From: an uncultured Acidobacteriota bacterium
GTDB taxonomy: Bacteria > Acidobacteriota > Polarisedimenticolia > J045
Direction: 5' to 3'
Length of the DNA stretch: 64,000 bases
Assembly: GCA_963702425.1 (NCBI GenBank)
Contig: CAVPCQ010000015.1
Coordinates: forward strand, 95,382-159,381
In this document: positions 21,909-30,222 of the stretch, piece after piece
Layout: every line of letters begins with the position of its first letter
How positions within the stretch are numbered: position 1 is the first letter of the stretch
Position numbers and translations under genes: made by a program
The notes under the pieces: generated by a model
The model's input: only the letters and a program-made list of their open reading frames with translations
Told to the model about the DNA's origin: nothing
Databases searched by the model: none

Positions 21909-23435
21909 TCAGCGGCCGTCGCGACCCGCGCCGGAGGGCCAGCGACCGGCGCCGCCGGGTGAAGTCGGCGCCTCCTCGACCGGGCCCGATGCGCTCCAGC
22001 CCGCCGGGGAGGTGATCGGCTCGCCGGGCCCACCGCCCTCCGCGCCCGGGGCCGCGCCGTCCGGAGCGCCGTCCTGGTGGAAGGCCTCCGGCCACTCCTC
22101 CGCGGCCCGCTCGCGGGCCGTCTCCGACAACGCGAACGCGCGCCACAGCTCGTGGTCCTTGCTGATCCAGAAGTCGCCCGGCAGCGCGCGCAGCGCGAGC
22201 AGCAGGCGCTCGTGGAGCCGCGCAGCCGGCGCGCTTCGACGCGGGCCGCGCTGACCGGGACGGGCCGGCGGCTCCGCACGCAGCAGGGTGCGGCGGTCGA
22301 GGCGCGCCGGGATGCGGATCTCCTGGTAGGGCTCGAAGGTGCCCGCGGGCGCGTCGGCCGGCATCCGGACCGGCGCGGAGCGCGCGAGCGTCAGGAAGAA
22401 GCCGTCGGACCGGTCGAGGCCGACGGCGACGCGCACGGTGCGGCCGGGACGGCCGACGCGGAGGTGGTACGTACCGCCGCGTCCGCCGACCAGTTCATGG
22501 ACCAGCACGCGCCCCGACTCATCGAGGACGCGCAGGCCGACGCGATCCCAGCCGATCGACTCGGCCGCGGCAAGCGCGACCTCGTCGTTGATGTCCCAGA
22601 CCGCGACGAGGTGGTTCGGATCGCGGATCAGGCCGCGCACGAAGGTCAGGTCGTAGCCCGGCGGCAGCGCCCCGAGCCCCTCCCCGATCACCTTGCCGTG
22701 CGGGCCGAGATCGTAGCGGGCGCGTTCCGACGCGACCTGCCCCGCGTGTCGCAACCGTGGGTCCTCGGTCTCGATCGCCAGGGGTGCGGGCTCGAGCGAC
22801 GGAGCGGTAGTCGCGGCCTTGCGCGGCGCGACCGCGCGGGCCGGCTTGGCCGGGCGCACGGGCGCCGTTGCGGCCGGGGCGGTGGCTTTCGCCGGTACCG
22901 GCGCGGCCGGTTTGGCCGCCGGGGCGGCGGCCGGATGCGCGAAGCGGGTCACCTTGATCCGGATGTCGATCGGCCGCGCGGCGGCGGGGACCTGCTTTGC
23001 CGCAGCCGACGCGACGCCGGACTTCGTCGCGGCGACCTTCGTCACTGCAGCCTTTGGCACTGCGACCTTCGACACTGCGACCTTCGTCACTGCAGCCTTC
23101 GGCACTGCGACCTTCGACACTGCGACCTTCCTGGCGACGGCCTTCGTCGCGACGGGCTTCCTGGCGATGGGTTTCGCCAAGGCCACTCTTGGCGCGACGG
23201 ACTTCTTCGCGACGGATTCCTTTGCGACGGATTTCTTCGCCGCGACCTTCTTCGCCGCTGCCTTGCCGGCGGCAGTCTTCGGTGACGGTGTCTTCTTCGC
23301 GACCGCCTTCTTCGCGACCGCCTTCTTCGCAGCCGCCTTCTTCGCCGCAACGGGCTTCCTACCGGCCACCGGAGCCGCCCCCCTGGCGGCCCTCTTCTTC
23401 ACCGCCGTCTTCACCGTCTTCTTCGTCGTGGCCAT
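21909..23435 (-). CDS. DUF4912-domain protein with histone-H1-like Lys/Ala-rich N-terminus
   Basis: About 150 aa of KKAAAKK/KxAVx repeats, then LP.GY......L.RDP..L.A.WD ...LARS..V..P (DUF4912-like); directly upstream of GH57. Confidence 0.7.
   Translation of the reverse strand: MATTKKTVKTAVKKRAARGAAPVAGRKPVAAKKAAAKKAVAKKAVAKKTPSPKTAAGKAAAKKVAAKKSVAKESVAKKSVAPRVALAKPIARKPVATKAVARKVAVSKVAVPKAAVTKVAVSKVAVPKAAVTKVAATKSGVASAAAKQVPAAARPIDIRIKVTRFAHPAAAPAAKPAAPVPAKATAPAATAPVRPAKPARAVAPRKAATTAPSLEPAPLAIETEDPRLRHAGQVASERARYDLGPHGKVIGEGLGALPPGYDLTFVRGLIRDPNHLVAVWDINDEVALAAAESIGWDRVGLRVLDESGRVLVHELVGGRGGTYHLRVGRPGRTVRVAVGLDRSDGFFLTLARSAPVRMPADAPAGTFEPYQEIRIPARLDRRTLLRAEPPARPGQRGPRRSAPAARLHERLLLALRALPGDFWISKDHELWRAFALSETARERAAEEWPEAFHQDGAPDGAAPGAEGGGPGEPITSPAGWSASGPVEEAPTSPGGAGRWPSGAGRDGR
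23032..23130. repeat. Coding minisatellite (15-bp base period; 45-bp unit about 2.2 times)
   Basis: gcgaccttcgtcactgcagcctt(t/c)ggcactgcgaccttcgacact twice, then gcgaccttc; encodes KVAVSKVAVPKAAVT. Confidence 0.85.
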
Positions 23436-23459
23436 GACTGCCTCGAAAGAAAGCGCGGG

Positions 23460-24494
23460 CTACCGCGCCCCCATCACCACTCGCTTCGCGCCGCCAAGCC
23501 ACGCGTCCCAGTTGACCGGGCCGCCGACCTGGATCCCCTGGATCGTCCCGTCCACCCCGACGAGGTAGATCGTCGGCGTCTCGGTCACCATCAGCGCCCG
23601 CAGCGCGGAGCGATCGACGTCCAGGAGGTGCGTCCAAGGGTAGTCGGCGATGATCTTACGCGCGTCCTCCTGCATTGAGGGGGTCTCCGCGCGGGCGACA
23701 TCGAGGATCGCCAGGTCGGTCGGGCGGTTCTTGAGATACCAGTCGCGGAGCCGCGGCAACTCCACCTTGCAGTGCGAGCAGGTCGGAAGCCACGCGAAGA
23801 CGACCAGGCGCTGGCCCTTGACCGGGTAGGCAGAGAGCTTGCGCCAGGTCCGGCCGTCCAGCTCGGTCACCGGCGCATCCGGCAGGGGCTTGCCGATCAG
23901 CCGGTAGACCGGCTGCGGCTGGAGCACGCCCAGCGTCGGCACCGGCGCGCCGCGGCCGGCCAGGGCCACCGCTTCCGCGATCGAGACCCCACTCGGACCG
24001 GTCTGCGTGAGGTCCGAACCGCCGGCCAGGCGGAGCACCCCGCCGGCGTCGATCAGGGCGAAGGAGGGCGCGGACCGGACCCCGAGGATTGTCGCCATCT
24101 GGCCCGACCCGTCGATTCGGGGTGGCACGGCGGCGAGGCCGAGCGCCGTCAGCCGTGCCTTCACCTCGTCCGGGGACTGCGAGGCGGCCAGGACGGCAAC
24201 CGGGAAGAAGACCGCGTCCGGCGCCGCCGCCCGGTGCACATCGGCCGCGGAGGCCAGGTTCGCCTCGGAGACCGGGTCCCTGGGGCGCCAGTAGACGACG
24301 AAGACGGGCCGCCGGCCGATGAAACCGGCCAGCTCCTGCCCCACCGCCCCGCCCTGGGAGGTCAGGAGCTGCGCCGGAACGGCCTCCCCCGGGGCGATCA
24401 GGGCCTTGTCGCCGTACTGGGCGCGCGCTGCGAGCCCCCCCGAGAGGGCCACAAGAGCCAGCACGATCAACACTTTGGGTCGAGTCCAGAGCAT
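23460..24494 (-). CDS. Exported tandem-thioredoxin (TlpA/redoxin-like) protein
   Basis: Signal peptide; two redoxin-like domains, the second with WLPTCSHC and the first without cysteines. Confidence 0.7.
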   Translation of the reverse strand: MLWTRPKVLIVLALVALSGGLAARAQYGDKALIAPGEAVPAQLLTSQGGAVGQELAGFIGRRPVFVVYWRPRDPVSEANLASAADVHRAAAPDAVFFPVAVLAASQSPDEVKARLTALGLAAVPPRIDGSGQMATILGVRSAPSFALIDAGGVLRLAGGSDLTQTGPSGVSIAEAVALAGRGAPVPTLGVLQPQPVYRLIGKPLPDAPVTELDGRTWRKLSAYPVKGQRLVVFAWLPTCSHCKVELPRLRDWYLKNRPTDLAILDVARAETPSMQEDARKIIADYPWTHLLDVDRSALRALMVTETPTIYLVGVDGTIQGIQVGGPVNWDAWLGGAKRVVMGAR

Positions 24495-24569
24495 CCGGCG
24501 ATTATACGGGGCGGGCGCGGCTCCCGCCGCCGCAGGGGGACGCGGGGCGTTCCGGGCTAGACTCGCGCC
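24495..24569. promoter_or_regulatory. Back-to-back leaderless-type promoters
   Basis: Minus strand TATAAT (24501-24506) is 6 nt before ATG 24494; plus strand TAGACT (24558-24563) is 6 nt before GTG 24570; no SD on either side. Confidence 0.6.
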
Positions 24570-25550
24570 GTGACCGGGGATGTTCCGCGTACCGCCGCCC
24601 GCTTCCGGGTCGGCCCGGCCTACGCCGGGTACCGTTTGGACCAGTTCCTCCAGCGGATGATCCCGAAACTCAGCCGGAACCGGATCCAGAAAGCGATCGA
24701 CGAGCGGGTCCGCCTCTCCTGGGAGGCGCCGGTCAAGGCCTCGACACCCGTCCGCGAGAACGGCGAGGTCTGGGTCGACGATCCCGACGTGAACGAGGAG
24801 GCGATCGCGTTCGATCCGGCCATCCTCTACGACGACGGCGACCTGCTGGCGATCGACAAGCCGCCCGGCATCGTCGTCCACCCGACCCACTCCCACCTGC
24901 GCAACACCGTGATCACGCTGCTCCGGCGGCAGCTGAACGCGCCGGAGCTGACGCTCGCGCACCGGCTCGACGCCGAGACCTCGGGCGTGCTGCTGCTCGG
25001 ACGGCACACCTGGGCGGCGCGCCGGGCCCAGTCGGCGTTCCAGCGCGGCAAGGTCGAGAAGTCGTACCTGGCGATCGTCTTCGGCCGGCCGGTCGAGGAC
25101 CGCTTCTCGGTCGACCTCCCGCTCGGCTATCACTCGCGCGACAGCTTCGTCTTCCGCCAGCTCCCGGAAGGCCAGGAAGCGCGCACTTCCCTGACGGAGT
25201 TCGAGGTGCTCGAGCGGATGGCGCGCGCCTCCCTCGTGCGTGCCTTCCCGAAAACCGGGCGGCGGCACCAGATCCGCGCCCACCTCGCCGCGGCCGGGCA
25301 CCCGATCGTCGGCGACAAGCTCTACGTGCTCGACGACCGCGCCTACCGGCGCTATCTCAAGCTGGGCCGGCTCGACGACGAGCTCCTGGCGCGCGTCGGC
25401 GCCGAGCGGCTGATGCTGCACAGTTCCACGCTGTCGTTACCGCACCCGCGGCACCCCGGCGAGCGGATCGCGATCACCGCGCCGCTGCCGGCCGACATGG
25501 CGTCGTGGCTGGAGGCCGAGCGCGCGCGACCCGTCGAGGCGAGCGCGTGA
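24570..25550 (+). CDS. RluA/RluD family pseudouridine synthase
   Basis: S4-like RLDQFL, DKPPG..VHP, HRLDAETSG, TGRRHQIR.H....GHPIVGD. Confidence 0.92.
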   Translation: MTGDVPRTAARFRVGPAYAGYRLDQFLQRMIPKLSRNRIQKAIDERVRLSWEAPVKASTPVRENGEVWVDDPDVNEEAIAFDPAILYDDGDLLAIDKPPGIVVHPTHSHLRNTVITLLRRQLNAPELTLAHRLDAETSGVLLLGRHTWAARRAQSAFQRGKVEKSYLAIVFGRPVEDRFSVDLPLGYHSRDSFVFRQLPEGQEARTSLTEFEVLERMARASLVRAFPKTGRRHQIRAHLAAAGHPIVGDKLYVLDDRAYRRYLKLGRLDDELLARVGAERLMLHSSTLSLPHPRHPGERIAITAPLPADMASWLEAERARPVEASA

Positions 25551-27307
25551 GGGGGTCGGCTCGTCGTGCGCTCCCGGCGCTGGGGGTGCTCGCAGCCGCG
25601 CTCGGCGCAGCGTTCGCAGGGGCACCGAAGGCTGCGGCGCCGGCGAGGCCGGACCCGCTCGCCGTCGGGGACGCGACGGGCAAGGCCCTCAAGGCGGAAC
25701 TCGCCCGCCGCGGCCTCGAGCGTTCGGCCGTCGAACCGCAGGTGGAGGCCCTGCGCGGCGCCGACCCGTGGGTGGCGCTCATGCGAAGCGCCGCGGCAAT
25801 CGGTGAAGCGAGCGCCTTCGCCTACATGGCGATCGACCAGGCGTTCGCCGAGCTGGGTGTGAGTGCCAGCGAGCGGATGGCGCTGGCCGATACGCAGTCC
25901 GCCGGCGACCAGCTGACCGAGCTGGGCCAGCAGATGAAGCTGTTCGAGGACCCGGTGCTCGGGATCTCCGAGCCCTGGCGCGCCTCCTTCGCGCAGCTCG
26001 CGGTCGACCTCGCACGCGCGCGGCGGCTCGCGGCTCAGGCGCTGGCCGGCATCTCCGCCGACGCGCGACAGCAGATCGCCGCCGGCCTGCTCGATCTTGC
26101 GCCGTCGGCTCGCTCACCGGGGGGCAACGCCGTCGCCGTCGACTACGGCGCGCTCGCGCGCGCCTCGGGGACCCTGCTGCTCGCGACGGATGCTTTCATC
26201 GCGCAGCTTCCGGCGCGCGAGCCTCCCGCCTTCTCCTGGCGCACCGACGTTCCCGGCGTGACCGGTTTTGCCCTCGGCCCGTTCGCCACCGCCGCCGGAC
26301 CGATGTACCTCGGCGGCATCGACGCCAACGCGTGGTCGGTCCCGCGCGACGCGATCGTCGTCGATCTCGGCGGCCGTGACAGCTACACCGACGGAGGCGA
26401 GCGCTACGTGGCGCCCGCCGTGGCCGCCTTGTCGGTCGTCGTCGACCTGCACGGCGACGATGCCTACCGCGCCTCGGCCCCCGCGGCGCTCGCGGCCGGG
26501 ACGATGGGCCTGGCGCTGCTGCGCGACGTCGAGGGGAACGACAGCTACGAGGATCGCGCTCTCGCGCAGGGGACCGGAGTGTTCGGCTTCGGCCTGCTGC
26601 TCGACGAAGCGGGGGCCGATCGCTACGCCGTCGGCAGCAGCGGGCAGGGGTACGCACACGCCGGGGTCGGAATGCTCGTCGACGGCGGCGGCGAGGACCT
26701 CTACGTCGCGGGGTGGTCCGGACAGGGGGTCGCGACCGGCCACGGCGTCGGGCTGCTCGCCGACCTCGAAGGGGACGACATCTACCGGGCGTCGACCGAA
26801 AGTGCACCCGATGCGACGGTCGGCGGGGCGCAGGGGGCCGGGCTCCGCGTGCCGGCCGAGGGACTGCCCGGCCTCGGGGTCCTGCTCGACGTCGCCGGCG
26901 ATGACGTCTTCCTCGCGGCGCGGCAGGCCCAGGCGTACGCCCACGGCGGGCGCGGGCTGCTCGTCGACGGCGGCGGGAACGACTTTGCATCGGTCGGCTC
27001 GGACGGCCAGGCCGCCGCGGTCCGCGGTGGCTCGGCCGTTCTGATCGATCTCGGCGGGGACGACGTGCGGAGCGTGCGCGGCGCGAGGGGCGAAGCGTCT
27101 GCAGACGGCGGCGTCGCCGTGCTCCTCGACGCCGGCGGGGCCGACATCGTGCGCTGCGCCGTCGCGAAGAGCTGCCGCGGCGTCGCCGAGAGCGAGGGGC
27201 GCGCGCTCTTCCTCGATCTCGGCGTGAAGCCGCCCGTACGAATCGGCCTCCCGCCGAAGCCGAAGGCGAAGCCGGCGCCGGCCCCCTCCGGCAAGGTGAC
27301 GAAGTGA
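25547..27307 (+). CDS. Secreted protein with about 10 hhDxxGxDxY repeats
   Basis: Signal peptide, helical N-domain, repeats VVDLGGRDSY, VVDLHGDDAY, LRDVEGNDSY, LLDEAGADRY and others; GTGA overlaps on both sides. Confidence 0.7.
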   Translation: MRGSARRALPALGVLAAALGAAFAGAPKAAAPARPDPLAVGDATGKALKAELARRGLERSAVEPQVEALRGADPWVALMRSAAAIGEASAFAYMAIDQAFAELGVSASERMALADTQSAGDQLTELGQQMKLFEDPVLGISEPWRASFAQLAVDLARARRLAAQALAGISADARQQIAAGLLDLAPSARSPGGNAVAVDYGALARASGTLLLATDAFIAQLPAREPPAFSWRTDVPGVTGFALGPFATAAGPMYLGGIDANAWSVPRDAIVVDLGGRDSYTDGGERYVAPAVAALSVVVDLHGDDAYRASAPAALAAGTMGLALLRDVEGNDSYEDRALAQGTGVFGFGLLLDEAGADRYAVGSSGQGYAHAGVGMLVDGGGEDLYVAGWSGQGVATGHGVGLLADLEGDDIYRASTESAPDATVGGAQGAGLRVPAEGLPGLGVLLDVAGDDVFLAARQAQAYAHGGRGLLVDGGGNDFASVGSDGQAAAVRGGSAVLIDLGGDDVRSVRGARGEASADGGVAVLLDAGGADIVRCAVAKSCRGVAESEGRALFLDLGVKPPVRIGLPPKPKAKPAPAPSGKVTK

Positions 27308-28227
27308 TCGCGCCGCGGCTCCCCTCGCGCACCCGGCGCCTCGCGTTGATCGCGCTCCTCGCGATGCTCACGCTGCTCGCCGCCTGCGCCACGACGGCCG
27401 ACGCGCGCAAGACATCCCGCACTTCCGAGAAGTCGAAGAAGTCCGCCCCCACGGTGATCCACGTCGTCGAGCCGGGGCAAACGCTCTACCGGATCGCGCT
27501 GGTCTACGGCGTGGAGCTGAAGACGCTGCAGCGCGCCAACCGGATCAGGAACCCGCGCCAGCTGAAGGTCGGGCAGAAACTCACCATCCCCGGCGCGAAG
27601 CAGGCGCTCGAGGTGCCGCCGTTCCCCGAGCCGATTCCCGTCGCGGCCCGGATCCAGCTGGCCGGCGCGAGCCCGCGAATCGAGGAGATCCGGCCACCCG
27701 TGGTCGACGCCGGCACCGACGAGTGGATCTGGCCGATCGACGGACGCCTGACCTCCGGCTACGGCGCCCGGCGGCGGCGGCACATCCACGCCGGGATCGA
27801 CGTCGTCGTCCCGCAGGGAACCCCGATCATCGCCGCGCGCGAGGGGTTCGTGAGCTTCGTCGGCCGCCAGGGGGGGTACGGGCAACTGGTCATCGTCGAT
27901 CACGGTGACGGCTGGACCAGCCGCTACGCCCACGCCTCGAAGATCCTCGTCGACGCCGGCGACACGGTGCATCCCGGCGAGGAGATCGCGCTGGCCGGGC
28001 ACACGGGGCGCGCGACGACGAGCCACCTGCACTTCGAGATCCGCCGGGACGGGAGAGCGATCGATCCGCTCCGCTACCTGCCGCCGTCTGGCGGCCCGCT
28101 TCCCGCCCCCGACGCCCCGCCGCTCGAGGGAGACGACGCGGACGGCCTCGAGGAGCACGGCGAGTGCCTCACCGACGAAACCGCCGATCCGTCGCACGCC
28201 GACGATCCCGGGACGGACCCGCGCTAG
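27304..28227 (+). CDS. LysM + M23 peptidase lipoprotein (NlpD-like)
   Basis: Lipobox LAAC, LysM (H.V..G.TLYRIA...N.I.NP..L.VGQ.L.IP), M23 motifs HAGID, YAH, HLHFEIR. Confidence 0.9.
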   Translation: MIAPRLPSRTRRLALIALLAMLTLLAACATTADARKTSRTSEKSKKSAPTVIHVVEPGQTLYRIALVYGVELKTLQRANRIRNPRQLKVGQKLTIPGAKQALEVPPFPEPIPVAARIQLAGASPRIEEIRPPVVDAGTDEWIWPIDGRLTSGYGARRRRHIHAGIDVVVPQGTPIIAAREGFVSFVGRQGGYGQLVIVDHGDGWTSRYAHASKILVDAGDTVHPGEEIALAGHTGRATTSHLHFEIRRDGRAIDPLRYLPPSGGPLPAPDAPPLEGDDADGLEEHGECLTDETADPSHADDPGTDPR

Positions 28228-28261
28228 GCTCGATGTGACAGTTAGCCGGCCGCGTGAGCGG

Positions 28262-29092
28262 TCAGGCGAACCCCCCCTCCTCGAGTTCGTCCTCGTCGAG
28301 CCCGAGGTAGTGCCCGATCTCGTGCAGCACGGTGATGCGGATCTCCTCCACGAGGTCGTCGCGGTCGTGGAACATCCGCTCGAGGTTCCGCTGGTAGACG
28401 CAGATCACGTCGGGTAGCTGCGGCAGCTGGCCGAGGCTGCGCTCCGGCACCGGGGTCCCGGTGTAGAGCCCGAACAGGCAGGGGTCGGCGGGCAGGTCGA
28501 AGGCGCAAAGATCTTCCTCGCGCGGCAGGTCCGGCACGTGGATCGACAGCGTTCCGTTCCGGACGTAAGCCCGGGCCTCGTCGGGCAGCTCGTCGATCGC
28601 CTCGTGCACGATCTCCTGGAACTCCTCGGCCGAAAACCGCGTGGGAAGCGGGTACGCCTCCGGATCGGCATGGTGCGCGCGCTGGAAGAGATCCTCGGCG
28701 TCAGCGTAGTTCCCGGTGCCGTGCCGCTCGGTGCAGAGCGCCATCCAGTAGCAGGCCTGCGGGTCCGAGGCATCGACGGCGAGCGCGCGGACGAGCACGG
28801 CCTCGGCCCGCTCGAAGCGGCACATTTCGAACAGACAGAGCCCCAGGTCGGCGAGCGATGGCAGATCATCGGGCTCGACCGCGAGGATCTCCTCCAGCAG
28901 AACCGCCGCTTCCTCGTAGCCCCCCTGCTCGATCACGGCCGACGCGATGACCTGCCGGGCGTCGAGCGAGTCGCCCTGAAGCATGAGCGCGCGGCGGCCG
29001 AGCGCTTCGGCCTCCTCGAAATGCTCGTCGTCCAGCGCGTTCTGCGCGCGGCGAATCAAGTCGTCGTGGTTGCTCCGGAGCCGGGCAGTCAT
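28262..29092 (-). CDS. TPR-repeat + zincin-like metallopeptidase
   Basis: N-terminal TPRs; C-terminal GLY.G.P..ER, LPD.I..YQRN, ITVLHEIGHYLGLDE. Confidence 0.82.
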   Translation of the reverse strand: MTARLRSNHDDLIRRAQNALDDEHFEEAEALGRRALMLQGDSLDARQVIASAVIEQGGYEEAAVLLEEILAVEPDDLPSLADLGLCLFEMCRFERAEAVLVRALAVDASDPQACYWMALCTERHGTGNYADAEDLFQRAHHADPEAYPLPTRFSAEEFQEIVHEAIDELPDEARAYVRNGTLSIHVPDLPREEDLCAFDLPADPCLFGLYTGTPVPERSLGQLPQLPDVICVYQRNLERMFHDRDDLVEEIRITVLHEIGHYLGLDEDELEEGGFA

Positions 29093-29197
29093 GATCGGGT
29101 TCGTGTCCAGGACGCCGCCGAGGGGTTTTCCGGGCGCGATCCGCGGCGGGATCGGCCGGGTGGGCGGGAGGATAGCACCGCTCCTAGAATGGCGCCC

Positions 29198-30214
29198 ATG
29201 CAGACTCCGGCCTTCCGCCCGCTCCTCGCCACCCTCGCCGCCCTCACCGCGGTCCTGCCCGCCCTCGCCGCGGCGCCCACCCCGCCCGCAAAGATCGCTC
29301 CCTCGCCGGCGAAGGCTCCCGATCCGGCCTTCATTCCGCCCGCCTTCCGCGCCGAACGGCACACCGCCGCCGGCGAGGCCTACCTCCGGGCGCTCCCCGC
29401 CGGGACCAAGGTGATCGTCGATCGCGCCGACGGCGCACGCTTCGAACTGCTGCTCGAGGACGGGAAACTGACGGTCGAACTGCCGGCCTCGACCCTCTCC
29501 GCGGACGGTGGCACCCTGACGACGCCGCTCGGCTACAAGGTCTCATTCCCGGCGGACGGCCCCCTCGGCATCGTCATCACCGCGCCGAACGGTCACCTGA
29601 CGGAAATCCGGCTGCAGCGGACGGCCCTGCTCGTCATCGAATCGGACTCCGGCGTGTGGCGCTGGGATCTCGAGCGGCGCGGCCTGCGTCTGCCCGACGG
29701 TTCGCGGATCGACTCCCTGGACAAGGGGCTGCGCTGGGAGGTGTTGACGCTGCGCGGCGAGCGGTTCTCGGCCGAGCTCAAGGAGCGCCGCTGGAACACC
29801 CTCCCGCCGATCCCCTCCCCGCCGCTCGTGCCCGATCTGCTCTGCGCCTACCTCTCCGGGGACGGCGACGACTGGCGCCTTCCGGTTTGGGAGGACGATG
29901 TCGTCTTCTCGTGGAACTGGGTCCTGGTCGGGCTCCCGGTCGAGCGCGCGATCGGAGACGTGGGCCAGGGCCAGCGCCGGAAGGACATCGAGAACTACTT
30001 CAACGGCATCGACTCCGTGCAGCCGGGCGAGGAGGTCGGTGGTGCGCTGCTCGCCCGCCGGCTGGTCCTGGTCGGCGGGGATCGCGTGACCTTCGAGTTG
30101 CCGGGGAAGGCGCCGGTGACGGTCTTCGTCCTGCCTGGCCCGCTGGAGGCGGACTACGCGATTCCGAAGTCGGATATTCAGACGACACTGACGCCGAAGC
30201 CGGCCGACCAGTGA
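29198..30214 (+). CDS. Hypothetical secreted protein
   Basis: Signal peptide and Pro-rich linker; coding-like codon usage; TAGAAT 7 nt before the ATG; no family recognised. Confidence 0.65.
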   Translation: MQTPAFRPLLATLAALTAVLPALAAAPTPPAKIAPSPAKAPDPAFIPPAFRAERHTAAGEAYLRALPAGTKVIVDRADGARFELLLEDGKLTVELPASTLSADGGTLTTPLGYKVSFPADGPLGIVITAPNGHLTEIRLQRTALLVIESDSGVWRWDLERRGLRLPDGSRIDSLDKGLRWEVLTLRGERFSAELKERRWNTLPPIPSPPLVPDLLCAYLSGDGDDWRLPVWEDDVVFSWNWVLVGLPVERAIGDVGQGQRRKDIENYFNGIDSVQPGEEVGGALLARRLVLVGGDRVTFELPGKAPVTVFVLPGPLEADYAIPKSDIQTTLTPKPADQ

Positions 30215-30222
30215 GATCCCCC

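Noticed and set aside
23032-23400. Short periodic repeats resembling a CRISPR array
   Set aside because: 15-bp coding periodicity with no unique spacers and no cas genes
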